From a virus (lineage: Duplodnaviria; Heunggongvirae; Uroviricota; Caudoviricetes): DNA of 8,833 nucleotides. This document shows, piece after piece, positions 1 through 6,489 of the stretch; the first letter of the stretch is position 1, and every line of letters begins with the position of its first letter. A program made the translations under genes and the position numbers. The notes beneath the pieces were generated by a model. It did not search any database, had not been told where the DNA came from, and was given only the letters and a program-made list of their open reading frames with translations. Location: IMG/VR virus record IMGVR_UViG_2547132277_000011; one strand, 5' to 3'.

Positions 1-267
1 TTACTCTGCAGGTGAAGTCGGCCACTCAATATCAGGTGCGGTTGATGTATCAACACAGTTCAGCAACACCCGATACTTCTTCCAGGCTTCCAGCAACGAG
101 TTTTCTTCCTCCGTTGCGATCTCCAGATCTACAGCATCCTGAAGTGGCGCAATATGCTCACTGAATTCCTGGATGTAGAACTGTGTGGTGACGGTCTTCC
201 AGCCATTCGGCTCCTGCTGTATCGAAGCATACCAGGCTATTTCAATATCGCTATGCTGCGGCAGCAT
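1..267 (-). CDS. tfa: Tail fibre assembly (Tfa) family protein, short 88-aa form
   Basis: Complete ORF: ATG at 267..265, TAA at 3..1, with AAGGGG about 5 nt upstream of the ATG. The C-terminal ~55 aa ([53 protein letters not shown]) matches the conserved C-terminus of enterobacterial lambdoid Tfa proteins as I recall it (e.g. K-12 TfaR ...[25 protein letters not shown]...). The N-terminal ~35 aa is not recognisable. Very acidic (about 17 D/E versus 4 K/R). Confidence 0.7.
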   Translation of the reverse strand: MLPQHSDIEIAWYASIQQEPNGWKTVTTQFYIQEFSEHIAPLQDAVDLEIATEEENSLLEAWKKYRVLLNCVDTSTAPDIEWPTSPAE

Positions 268-275
268 TTAACCCC

Positions 276-304
276 TTGTAATTCATCGCCACAATTGATT
301 TAAT
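276..304 (+). promoter_or_regulatory. Candidate sigma70 promoter for the methyltransferase gene (TTGTAA, 17-bp spacer, TTTAAT)
   Basis: -35-like TTGTAA at 276..281 and -10-like TTTAAT at 299..304 with a 17-bp spacer, 20 to 30 bp upstream of the ATGs at 324/336, in an AT-rich intergenic region. Sequence pattern only. Confidence 0.3.
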
Positions 305-323
305 TCACAAATAAAACTATAAC

Positions 324-992
324 ATGGTGAAATTAATGAAAAAAAACACAGATGATGGGGCTAAAATTTACACACCACTTACCCTAAAGCTTTATGACTG
401 GTGGGTTTTGGGAGTATCAAATCGGCTTGCATGGGGATGTCCTACAAAGGAACACCTTCTTCCACACTTTCTGGAACATTTAGGTAACAACCATCTGGAT
501 ATTGGTGTTGGAACTGGGTTTTACCTTACTCACGTACCTGAGAGTAGTCTGATATCTTTAATGGATTTGAACGAAGCTAGCCTGAACGCGGCATCGACAA
601 GGGCTGGGGAATCAAAAATTAAACATAAAATTAGCCATGATGTTTTTGAACCTTATCCCGCGGCATTACATGGTCAATTTGATTCCATTTCCATGTTTTA
701 CCTTCTTCACTGCCTGCCTGGAAATATATCTACAAAAAGCTGTGTAATACGCAATGCGGCGCAGGCCTTAACTGACGATGGAACTCTATACGGAGCCACA
801 ATTCTTGGTGACGGCGTTGTGCACAATAGCTTCGGTCAAAAACTGATGCGCATTTACAATCAAAAAGGCATCTTTTCAAACACAAAAGATTCCGAAGAAG
901 GCTTAACACATATACTCTCAGAGCATTTCGAGAATGTTAAAACCAAGATTAAAGGTACTGTAGTAATGTTTTCCGCTTCAGGGAAAAAATAG
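324..992 (+). CDS. ybcY: Class I SAM-dependent methyltransferase, UbiE/COQ5-like small-molecule type (not a DNA MTase by motif)
   Basis: 222-aa ORF with glycine-rich SAM-binding motif I (LDIGVGTG) and an upstream YDWWVLGVSNRLAWG segment resembling the UbiE-type motif. No DPPY/NPPY or PC/ENV DNA-MTase motifs seen. Start may be ATG 336 (GGTGA 5 nt upstream) rather than 324. Gene is markedly AT-rich (about 35% GC by hand count of the first 100 nt) compared with the neighbouring phage genes. The symbol is assigned from recalled synteny (a putative SAM MTase, ybcY, lies between tfaD and tfaX in K-12 DLP12), not from verified sequence identity. Confidence 0.85.
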   Translation: MVKLMKKNTDDGAKIYTPLTLKLYDWWVLGVSNRLAWGCPTKEHLLPHFLEHLGNNHLDIGVGTGFYLTHVPESSLISLMDLNEASLNAASTRAGESKIKHKISHDVFEPYPAALHGQFDSISMFYLLHCLPGNISTKSCVIRNAAQALTDDGTLYGATILGDGVVHNSFGQKLMRIYNQKGIFSNTKDSEEGLTHILSEHFENVKTKIKGTVVMFSASGKK

Positions 993-998
993 CATCCA

Positions 999-1033
999 GC
1001 CGCAGCACGTTCTTGCGCACGACGTGCTGCGGC
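999..1033. terminator. 12-bp perfect inverted repeat (GCCGCAGCACGT / ACGTGCTGCGGC) with an 11-nt loop, 7 bp after the MTase stop; possible bidirectional terminator or protein-binding site
   Basis: Arms at 999..1010 and 1022..1033 are exact reverse complements. No clean U-tract on either strand, so terminator function is uncertain. Confidence 0.35.
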
Positions 1034-1046
1034 ATAATCTCAATGA

Positions 1047-1175
1047 TTACTCCCTGACAGGGTTCGTAGGCCACTCAATATCAGGTGCAGTTGATGTACC
1101 AACACGGTTCAGCAACACCCTGCATGCCTTCCATGCCGCCAGCAATGATGTTTCCTCCTTCGTTGCATATACTGC
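1047..1175 (-). pseudogene. tfa: Tail fibre assembly (tfa) gene 3' remnant, C-terminal ~42 codons only
   Basis: Minus-strand frame translates to [42 protein letters not shown], homologous to the C-terminus of the 1..267 gene. Nucleotides about 1069..1170 are roughly 78 to 80% identical to 20..125 by hand alignment. The frame is closed by TGA at 1176..1178, so no N-terminal part remains. Confidence 0.65.
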
Positions 1176-1439
1176 TCACCTTTTTCACCCACGATTAACC
1201 AACAGCCAGATTCGCAGGCACGCCCCACCACGGCATATTCATACGCTTGCCATGTCCGAACATTTCAATCCAGCGATATTATGCCTGGGGTGTTCAAGCG
1301 CAATGAAGTACGTATTGTATCTTCGCGATTTTTTATAGGCTAATTGACGCGCAATTCTGAGCGGGGAGCGCACAATCAAACAGCACAGAATGGATCGCTG
1401 ATATTTATCCTTTTGTCGGTTTATCAAACAACAAGAGAG

Positions 1440-2654
1440 TCAATAGCGGATTGTCCCTACATCCATTTCTGGCGAATCCACTAACCAGAAATTATCTGGC
1501 TTTACAGCCAGAATGATCCAGGCAGTGTTTGTTGTTGATGACCAGGAAGGCAGCACATCGTATGCCGGGTCATCGCAAGAATCACGATAACCGTACTCAT
1601 TAAAAAGTGGAGCCATTGCTGCCACAAGATTCACCGCATTCAGCTCATTACCCAGCTTGCGCTCAAAAAGTGCCACACCTGCCGTTCCTTCCACCCACAC
1701 GCCACGGCTGTGACCACTATAACCATAATCAGGGTGGTACGGTGTGTAACCCGTGGTTTCCCTCGTACCAAATAAAAAACGCCCCATATATTTTCGGCAC
1801 TTAGCCGCTTTCTCAGCATCAATATTGGCAACAAACAATCCGCCCCAGGAAGACTGATCCAGCGCCGCTGCGTTGTCATAGTGGGTTGAATGAACCCCCT
1901 GTCGAAATCGGCCTTCATCTTCCACCCACAGACCTCTGATGATGCTCTTTGCCAGCCTGTCAGCCCGCTCACTGAAACCGTCAAATCCCAGCCGTCCCAT
2001 CAGTTCAAACAAAAACCAGATATCAACGTTATGCTCCAGTGCGCACCATTCGGCGACAAAAGTTTCATCAAAATTGCCGTCCACATAACGCCCCTGCCCC
2101 CCTTTATACAGGCCTTCACGCAGGTCGCCTGGTGTGCTCACCAGAAAAGTATCCAGCCAGGCAATGCCTGCCAATAGCTTTTCTCTGACCCGCGCAGTCT
2201 GAGTACCGTCCGGATACTTCTCCAGATAGAAAGCAAGAGCATAATAAACCCATGCCGCATTGCCCAAGCGGTAATAGGTACGCGGTGACATGGCAGACAG
2301 CCTGTTAACAAAAAACTTTACTCCACCGTTTTCATCAACAAGCGCACACAAGCCCGCAACGTATCTTTCTACAGCCTCATGTCGCTGAACCATCAACGCC
2401 AGTGCTGCCAGCGCCTGGTCATACGTGTAACACCGATCTTTCATCACCCTGATCACTTCGGGGTCTGCGTCCTCCGGCATCCAGTAGCTACGAATGAGCA
2501 GTGGAAACTCCAGCGTTGTGATCCACGCATTATCCTCAATCCGAATAAGACGAAACTGTTTTGCTCCCGTCCAGCAACGTCTGAAATAGAAAGTTCCGTC
2601 ACTATTCAAATTAGCGTCGCCGTTAAAATACTCTCCGGTTGTATAAGCATACAT
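1440..2654 (-). CDS. Hypothetical protein, 404 aa, function unknown (possibly an alpha-helical enzyme-like fold; alternatively the C-terminal domain of a larger deleted gene)
   Basis: Uninterrupted 1215-nt ORF with enterobacterial-looking codon usage; ATG at 2654..2652 with a weak SD. The frame is closed by TGA 12 codons upstream (2693..2691). No signal peptide or Walker motifs seen. Not recognisable to me as any lambdoid morphogenetic protein. Confidence 0.75.
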   Translation of the reverse strand: MYAYTTGEYFNGDANLNSDGTFYFRRCWTGAKQFRLIRIEDNAWITTLEFPLLIRSYWMPEDADPEVIRVMKDRCYTYDQALAALALMVQRHEAVERYVAGLCALVDENGGVKFFVNRLSAMSPRTYYRLGNAAWVYYALAFYLEKYPDGTQTARVREKLLAGIAWLDTFLVSTPGDLREGLYKGGQGRYVDGNFDETFVAEWCALEHNVDIWFLFELMGRLGFDGFSERADRLAKSIIRGLWVEDEGRFRQGVHSTHYDNAAALDQSSWGGLFVANIDAEKAAKCRKYMGRFLFGTRETTGYTPYHPDYGYSGHSRGVWVEGTAGVALFERKLGNELNAVNLVAAMAPLFNEYGYRDSCDDPAYDVLPSWSSTTNTAWIILAVKPDNFWLVDSPEMDVGTIRY

Positions 2655-3235
2655 ATCGACTTTATACTTTTCAGGTTCAGCCTGTTGCTCTCATCACTGG
2701 TCATGGGAATAAAGTCCGGCTCGAGCGCCTCCAGCCAGAAATGAACACCGGCAGAAGGCGTCAGGCTGTTTATGCGCCCGGAAACCATCTGGGCAAACAC
2801 CTCACCATCGCGCAGCCAGGTACGCAGCATCAGACGTTCCAGCATCGGACGGGTAAACTGCCCGGTGACCTCCGGACTGACAGACCATTCACTCCATCGG
2901 GTGCGTATCTCCGCTGCCAGATCACGGGCAATGGCCCCATTGCGTAATACCGGATGTGGCTCGACAATAATCCCGTTTTTCCCCACCACCCGTTCTTCCA
3001 GCTTGTCAAATACACCAATGACCAGATCGTGGTTGTTATCAAGGTAACGGGCCTGCTCACGTAACGACACGGCCCCGTACTGGCTTAACTGATCGGCAGT
3101 TCGGTTCTCCCGTCGGGCTTTGTGTGTCCGCGTCGTTTTTACGGCCTCATAAGCCTGGATCACCGCACGGGAACGCAGCCTTGCCGCTTTCCATCCTGGT
3201 GAAAAAACGCCAATCACATCATCAAGAATTGCCAT
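2606..3235 (-). pseudogene. B: Portal protein gene, N-terminal fragment (about 205 codons of an expected 500 or more); truncated near 2655..2700
   Basis: ORF begins MAILDDVIGVFSPGWKAARL... at ATG 3235..3233, overlapping the gpW stop (TGATG), which is the position of the portal gene in the lambda order Nu1-A-W-B. It stops at 2606 after about 209 codons, the last ~28 of which (SNRLNLKSIKSICMLIQPESILTATLI) look non-portal. The ORF-track start at 3307 is an upstream in-frame artefact inside W. Confidence 0.7.
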
Positions 3236-3453
3236 CAGAACCTCGCCAGCCGGTACCCGGGATGCCCCCGTCGTCGTGTAATCAGAGCCGCAAGGCGGCG
3301 CTCCCACTCCTGCCGCCCCTGCCGGATCTCAGATAAGTTTTCCATGGTCATCTGCTGACCATTAAAAGTGACGGATTTTCCGTCCAGCACCGCCATTTCA
3401 GCTTCCGTATAACGCTGAATCATGGCTTCGATATCATTCTGGTTCATAACCAT
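3235..3453 (-). CDS. W: Head-tail joining / head completion protein gpW-like (72 aa)
   Basis: Small ORF immediately downstream of the large terminase, overlapping it by 10 nt. The C-terminus ...ITRRRGHPGYRLARF resembles lambda gpW ...RRRGPAGFYV. Size and position match lambda W. Confidence 0.85.
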   Translation of the reverse strand: MVMNQNDIEAMIQRYTEAEMAVLDGKSVTFNGQQMTMENLSEIRQGRQEWERRLAALITRRRGHPGYRLARF

Positions 3454-5546
3454 CCTCCAGAAGTCAGCCAGGGGTTAACATCGTCAGTTACTGTTTTCTT
3501 CCGTTTTTGTTTTTTAACAGGCGTGGATACCGGTTCCGGTGAGGATGACGGTTCGGTACTGTCCTGGACACACTCCAGCCAGGTTTCCCGGCTCGCCCAC
3601 TCCGGTGCATCCGGCCAGCGGATCTTTTCGTATCCATGCAGAATGACCAGAGCCTCGGCATACACCATCAGGTCAAAAGCTTCGTTGGCACCGCGACCCG
3701 GCTTACTCCATTTCCCGTCACTGCTCCGCTCTTCATACGTCAGTTCGTCGTAAAACCAGCTCCCCAGCCAGTCAGGGAAATGCACATAGCCTGGACCTGG
3801 CGAGTCACGCCATAACGCGTTATTCACCCGGTCTTTCAGGGCATCCGTCTGAAGAAGCCAGAGCGGCACATCACCTGCGGCCTGCGCCCGGCGGCCCGTT
3901 CGTCCGGTGTTATCAGGGAATGTACGGCTGATCAGTTTTGCGCGCCGGATGCTGTCCCCCTTAAACAGGTAAATACGTTTACCAAGGCCATCACGACGGC
4001 AACGACGCCAGAATTTATAGGCATTATCAGTGACCCCGTCTTCACCGCCGGAGTCCACCGCCATTGCCATCAGTCGCATTTGTTGAGAAGGATCGGAGGC
4101 CAGCGGCCAGCTTTTATGAAAAACATCCGTCAGCAGGACATCCCAGTCTTCCGGATAGCTGGCCGGATCAATTCGCTGGCTCTCCCCGTCGCTGTCACCG
4201 CGCAATGACTGCGTGATGTTGTAACGATCAATAATCCAGCGTTCGCCACGGCTGCCATAGCCCGTTACCTGAACCACAAAACGGCGATGACGTCCCGCCT
4301 GCACATCCACTGTCGCCACAAGGAAATTAACGCCATCCGGCACACTGCGGGAAGGAACTGGCTCTGCCCGCTGCTCAAGCAGTTCACTTTTTCGTTGCTC
4401 CATGCTGGCGCGGGGAAGATAAGGTAATCCCCAGTCGGTATTGATAACCGTCTTGAGTGTTTCTTCACTTCCGGTTGTCTCGTATTCCTGTTCTGCAGTA
4501 AGCAGTTTGTAAACGAGTTGCGAGAGTGTCTGGTAAGCAGCTGCCGGACCCTCCATCCAGAATGACGCAATACGTGAGCGTCGGGGATCACCATAACGAC
4601 TGCCATCCGCATTGATGGATTCACCATCCCGCAACCAGACCCCACGTCCGTTCAGCTCACGTTTTTGTTCAGGCATAATCCGTCCTGAACAGGAAGGACA
4701 CTGAATATAAGCCGCCTCACTTGCCAGCACGGGAGCGGCAATATCACGGAAACCAGCAACCACATCGCCGCAGGGCTGAAAATACTCACCACAGTGTGGA
4801 CAAGGCCAGTACCAGCGACGGCGATCGCCACGGTTATAGAGCGACAGTATCCCCGTGGTTGGTGGAGCCTCATGCGGTGAAGTCCGTCGCCATTTCACAT
4901 CCTTCACATCCCTGCCGGGGGAACTCTCCACAAGCGTCATACCACTGGACATAAATGTTGTGGTACGTTTTGAGGCAAGAGAGAAAGCATCCCCCTCGCC
5001 ATCAATATCTTCCGGAAAACGGTCATAATCCGTCAGCGCGACGCATTTATAATCTGATGAGGACATGATATTGACTGACGGCCAGCCGATTTTCAGGTAG
5101 TTACCAGCAAGGAATGTTCTGTCATAAACGTTGTTGTCATTTTTGTTCGGACTCAGGCGACTGACCACTTCCGGGCTGACGCGAAACGTTCTGGCGAGTC
5201 GTTTTTTGGAGTGTTCGCGGGCTTTTTCCTCCGTCATCTGTATGATCAGCATATCAGCAGGATCGCAAATCACGTTGTAAATCACCCAGCCGTCAATCAG
5301 GCCGATAGTCTTACCGGTTCGTGCCGGGCCAACAAATATCACTGCGTCGTATTCACGCGAGGCCAGGCAGTTCATCGGCTCAATAACATACGGTGCCACC
5401 AGCGGATCCCACGGGACTGAATTCCCGGCCCCCATGGGCACCCGCATATACTGAGCAACGGCATCAGCAACCCGCATTCGTCTCGGTGCGCGAAGGATAT
5501 AACCTGAATCGGTTCGTGCTGCCTTTGCGGTTTCCTGATTCAGCAT
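3444..5546 (-). CDS. A: Terminase large subunit (lambda gpA family), 700 aa, apparently intact
   Basis: Walker A-like AVIFVGPARTGKT near the N-terminus; WYWPCPHCGEYFQ resembles lambda gpA ...ACPHCGEEQYL; C-terminal ...VYAEALVILHGYEKIRW resembles lambda ...CFVYALAALRISISRW. ATG 5546..5544 overlaps the Nu1-like stop (TAATG). Confidence 0.95.
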   Translation of the reverse strand: MLNQETAKAARTDSGYILRAPRRMRVADAVAQYMRVPMGAGNSVPWDPLVAPYVIEPMNCLASREYDAVIFVGPARTGKTIGLIDGWVIYNVICDPADMLIIQMTEEKAREHSKKRLARTFRVSPEVVSRLSPNKNDNNVYDRTFLAGNYLKIGWPSVNIMSSSDYKCVALTDYDRFPEDIDGEGDAFSLASKRTTTFMSSGMTLVESSPGRDVKDVKWRRTSPHEAPPTTGILSLYNRGDRRRWYWPCPHCGEYFQPCGDVVAGFRDIAAPVLASEAAYIQCPSCSGRIMPEQKRELNGRGVWLRDGESINADGSRYGDPRRSRIASFWMEGPAAAYQTLSQLVYKLLTAEQEYETTGSEETLKTVINTDWGLPYLPRASMEQRKSELLEQRAEPVPSRSVPDGVNFLVATVDVQAGRHRRFVVQVTGYGSRGERWIIDRYNITQSLRGDSDGESQRIDPASYPEDWDVLLTDVFHKSWPLASDPSQQMRLMAMAVDSGGEDGVTDNAYKFWRRCRRDGLGKRIYLFKGDSIRRAKLISRTFPDNTGRTGRRAQAAGDVPLWLLQTDALKDRVNNALWRDSPGPGYVHFPDWLGSWFYDELTYEERSSDGKWSKPGRGANEAFDLMVYAEALVILHGYEKIRWPDAPEWASRETWLECVQDSTEPSSSPEPVSTPVKKQKRKKTVTDDVNPWLTSGGWL

Positions 5547-6040
5547 TACTCCTCCCGCTGTAATTCCTCCTCATCATCCGCACCTGCTTCGGTCACCCGC
5601 AGGGCTATCTGATCGCGCAGATCATCAATAATGGACTGAACACGGCTCACAGCGGCAGGCTGCAGACCGCAGTCACGTTCAAGAATATCCGGTAATGTCT
5701 CCAGCACCTGCACGACCGCTTTTGCCCAGATGGCAAACTCTCGTCTGACATCACTGGCCGGAATGAGTTGTGCCGTTTCCTGTTCGAACTTAAGACGCTC
5801 ACGTTCAGACTGATACCAGGCTTTGCGCTCATGCGCGTCCATTTCGCCTTCTGCAACCGGCGGTGGTAATGCCAGAAATGCCGACACAATATCAACCACC
5901 CGATAAAGCTTGAGGTTGCTTTCATGCCCCCCTGCAACGGGTAGATTTTGCAGCCTTGCCGCAGCAGTCTGGCGATGTACACCTGACAGTGCCGCCAGTT
6001 GACTGATATTCAGCGTCAGATTTTTTAACTCTCGATCCAT
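5546..6040 (-). CDS. Nu1: Terminase small subunit (lambda Nu1-like), 164 aa
   Basis: N-terminal helix-turn-helix-like segment (LNISQLAALSGVHRQTAAARLQ) analogous to the lambda Nu1 DNA-binding N-terminus. GGAG SD 5 nt upstream of ATG 6040. Located about 175 bp downstream of the cosN-like sequence, as in lambda. Confidence 0.85.
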   Translation of the reverse strand: MDRELKNLTLNISQLAALSGVHRQTAAARLQNLPVAGGHESNLKLYRVVDIVSAFLALPPPVAEGEMDAHERKAWYQSERERLKFEQETAQLIPASDVRREFAIWAKAVVQVLETLPDILERDCGLQPAAVSRVQSIIDDLRDQIALRVTEAGADDEEELQREE

Positions 6041-6145
6041 ACCCGCTCCAGAATGTTTTAAACATGCATCTTGCGAACAACTTTAGGCAAACGGTGTTAG
6101 TGATGAACAAAAAACAATCAAAATCGACACCGCAAAAATAAAATC

Positions 6146-6169
6146 ACTGTAATATCAATACATTACAGT
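6146..6169. promoter_or_regulatory. Candidate IHF site (WATCAANNNNTTR match TATCAAtacaTTA at 6153..6165) centred in an 8-bp inverted repeat (ACTGTAAT / ATTACAGT); cosB-like
   Basis: Exact match to the IHF consensus, lying between the cosN-like sequence and the Nu1 start where lambda cosB carries IHF site I1. Arms 6146..6153 and 6162..6169 are reverse complements. Confidence 0.35.
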
Positions 6170-6198
6170 AGTGGTGATGACGAATGAAATTTCAAAAA

Positions 6199-6240
6199 CT
6201 AGCCTTTTTCCGCGACGCTCCCGCCCCGTGGCAGGCCACC
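6199..6240 (-). other. cos site: cosN-like cohesive-end region (predicted 12-nt end GGGCGGGAGCGT on the minus strand = plus 6215..6226)
   Basis: Minus strand reads GGGCGGGAGCGTCGCGGAAAAAGGCTAGTTTTTGAAATTTCATTCGTCAT, closely paralleling the lambda left end as I recall it (GGGCGGCGACCTCGCGGGTTTTCGCTATTTATGAAAATTTTCC...TTCGTCAT). The distance to the Nu1 start is similar to lambda. Confidence 0.55.
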
Positions 6241-6452
6241 CCACCGGAAGGACCCGCCAAAATGAGAGTGATTATCACCATTGCTGATGAATAAATTGAT
6301 GAAAATCATTGAAACGCCTTTCAGCAAGATAACGGCGACGGTCGTTGTTGAACTCCGTAACTCTGCTACTAAGGTTAAAAGCATGGCCATCTTTTGCCAC
6401 CGGCAAATCTTCAATGGATTTCCCCTGCCGGTTTTTTATTCCTCACATTATC

Positions 6453-6476
6453 GCAGCCCCTCAGTGAAGGGCTGCT
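6453..6476. other. 9-bp stem / 6-nt loop hairpin (GCAGCCCCT-cagtga-AGGGGCTGC) just downstream of the stop of the 6490..6855 ORF
   Basis: Perfect inverted repeat. No adjacent U-tract on either strand, so it is not called a canonical intrinsic terminator. Confidence 0.3.
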
Positions 6477-6489
6477 GTAATGCCTGCTG

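Noticed and set aside
1-267. Small, very acidic 88-aa protein next to a truncated paralogue, initially suggestive of a toxin-immunity (orphan immunity gene) array or a DNA-mimic anti-restriction protein
   Set aside because: The C-terminal 55 aa match the conserved Tfa (tail fibre assembly) C-terminus, the duplicated fragment is the same tfa 3' end, and no toxin gene is adjacent.
324-992. Methyltransferase as part of a restriction-modification system
   Set aside because: No DNA-MTase motifs (DPPY/NPPY, PC...ENV) are visible and there is no restriction endonuclease-like ORF nearby; the motifs fit a UbiE-like small-molecule MTase.
1024-1427. ORF-track entries 1024..1338 (+, 104 aa) and 1239..1427 (-, 62 aa)
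   Set aside because: The first is antisense to the tfa remnant with His/Cys-rich low-complexity translation. The second is highly basic, has no SD and lies in the deletion-scar gap. Both are probably chance ORFs.
1440-2654. 404-aa ORF as the missing C-terminal part of the portal protein (frameshifted)
   Set aside because: It is in a different frame with an intervening stop, it has no resemblance to portal C-terminal regions as far as I can judge, and portal N-fragment plus 404 aa would be oversized.
3236-3307. Upstream extension of the portal ORF to 3307 (MGAPPCGSDYTTTGASRVPAGEVL...)
   Set aside because: It lies entirely inside gpW in another frame. The ATG at 3235 overlapping the W stop gives a canonical coupled start and a portal-like N-terminus.
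1607-3336. ORF-track entries 1607..1804, 1640..1984, 1890..2177, 2379..2744, 2639..2947, 2772..3047, 2830..3060, 3124..3336
   Set aside because: All lie inside or antisense to the 404-aa ORF, the portal fragment or W, and have compositionally atypical translations (Cys/His/Arg/Pro-rich); shadow ORFs of GC-rich coding sequence.
3523-5420. ORF-track entries 3523..3753, 4265..4645, 4652..4873, 4721..4954, 5211..5420
   Set aside because: Alternate-frame or antisense ORFs wholly within the large terminase gene.
5647-6110. ORF-track entries 5647..5982 (-) and 5922..6110 (-)
   Set aside because: Alternate frames overlapping the Nu1-like gene and its RBS; the Nu1-like frame has the recognisable HTH, a good SD and a coupled stop/start with gpA.
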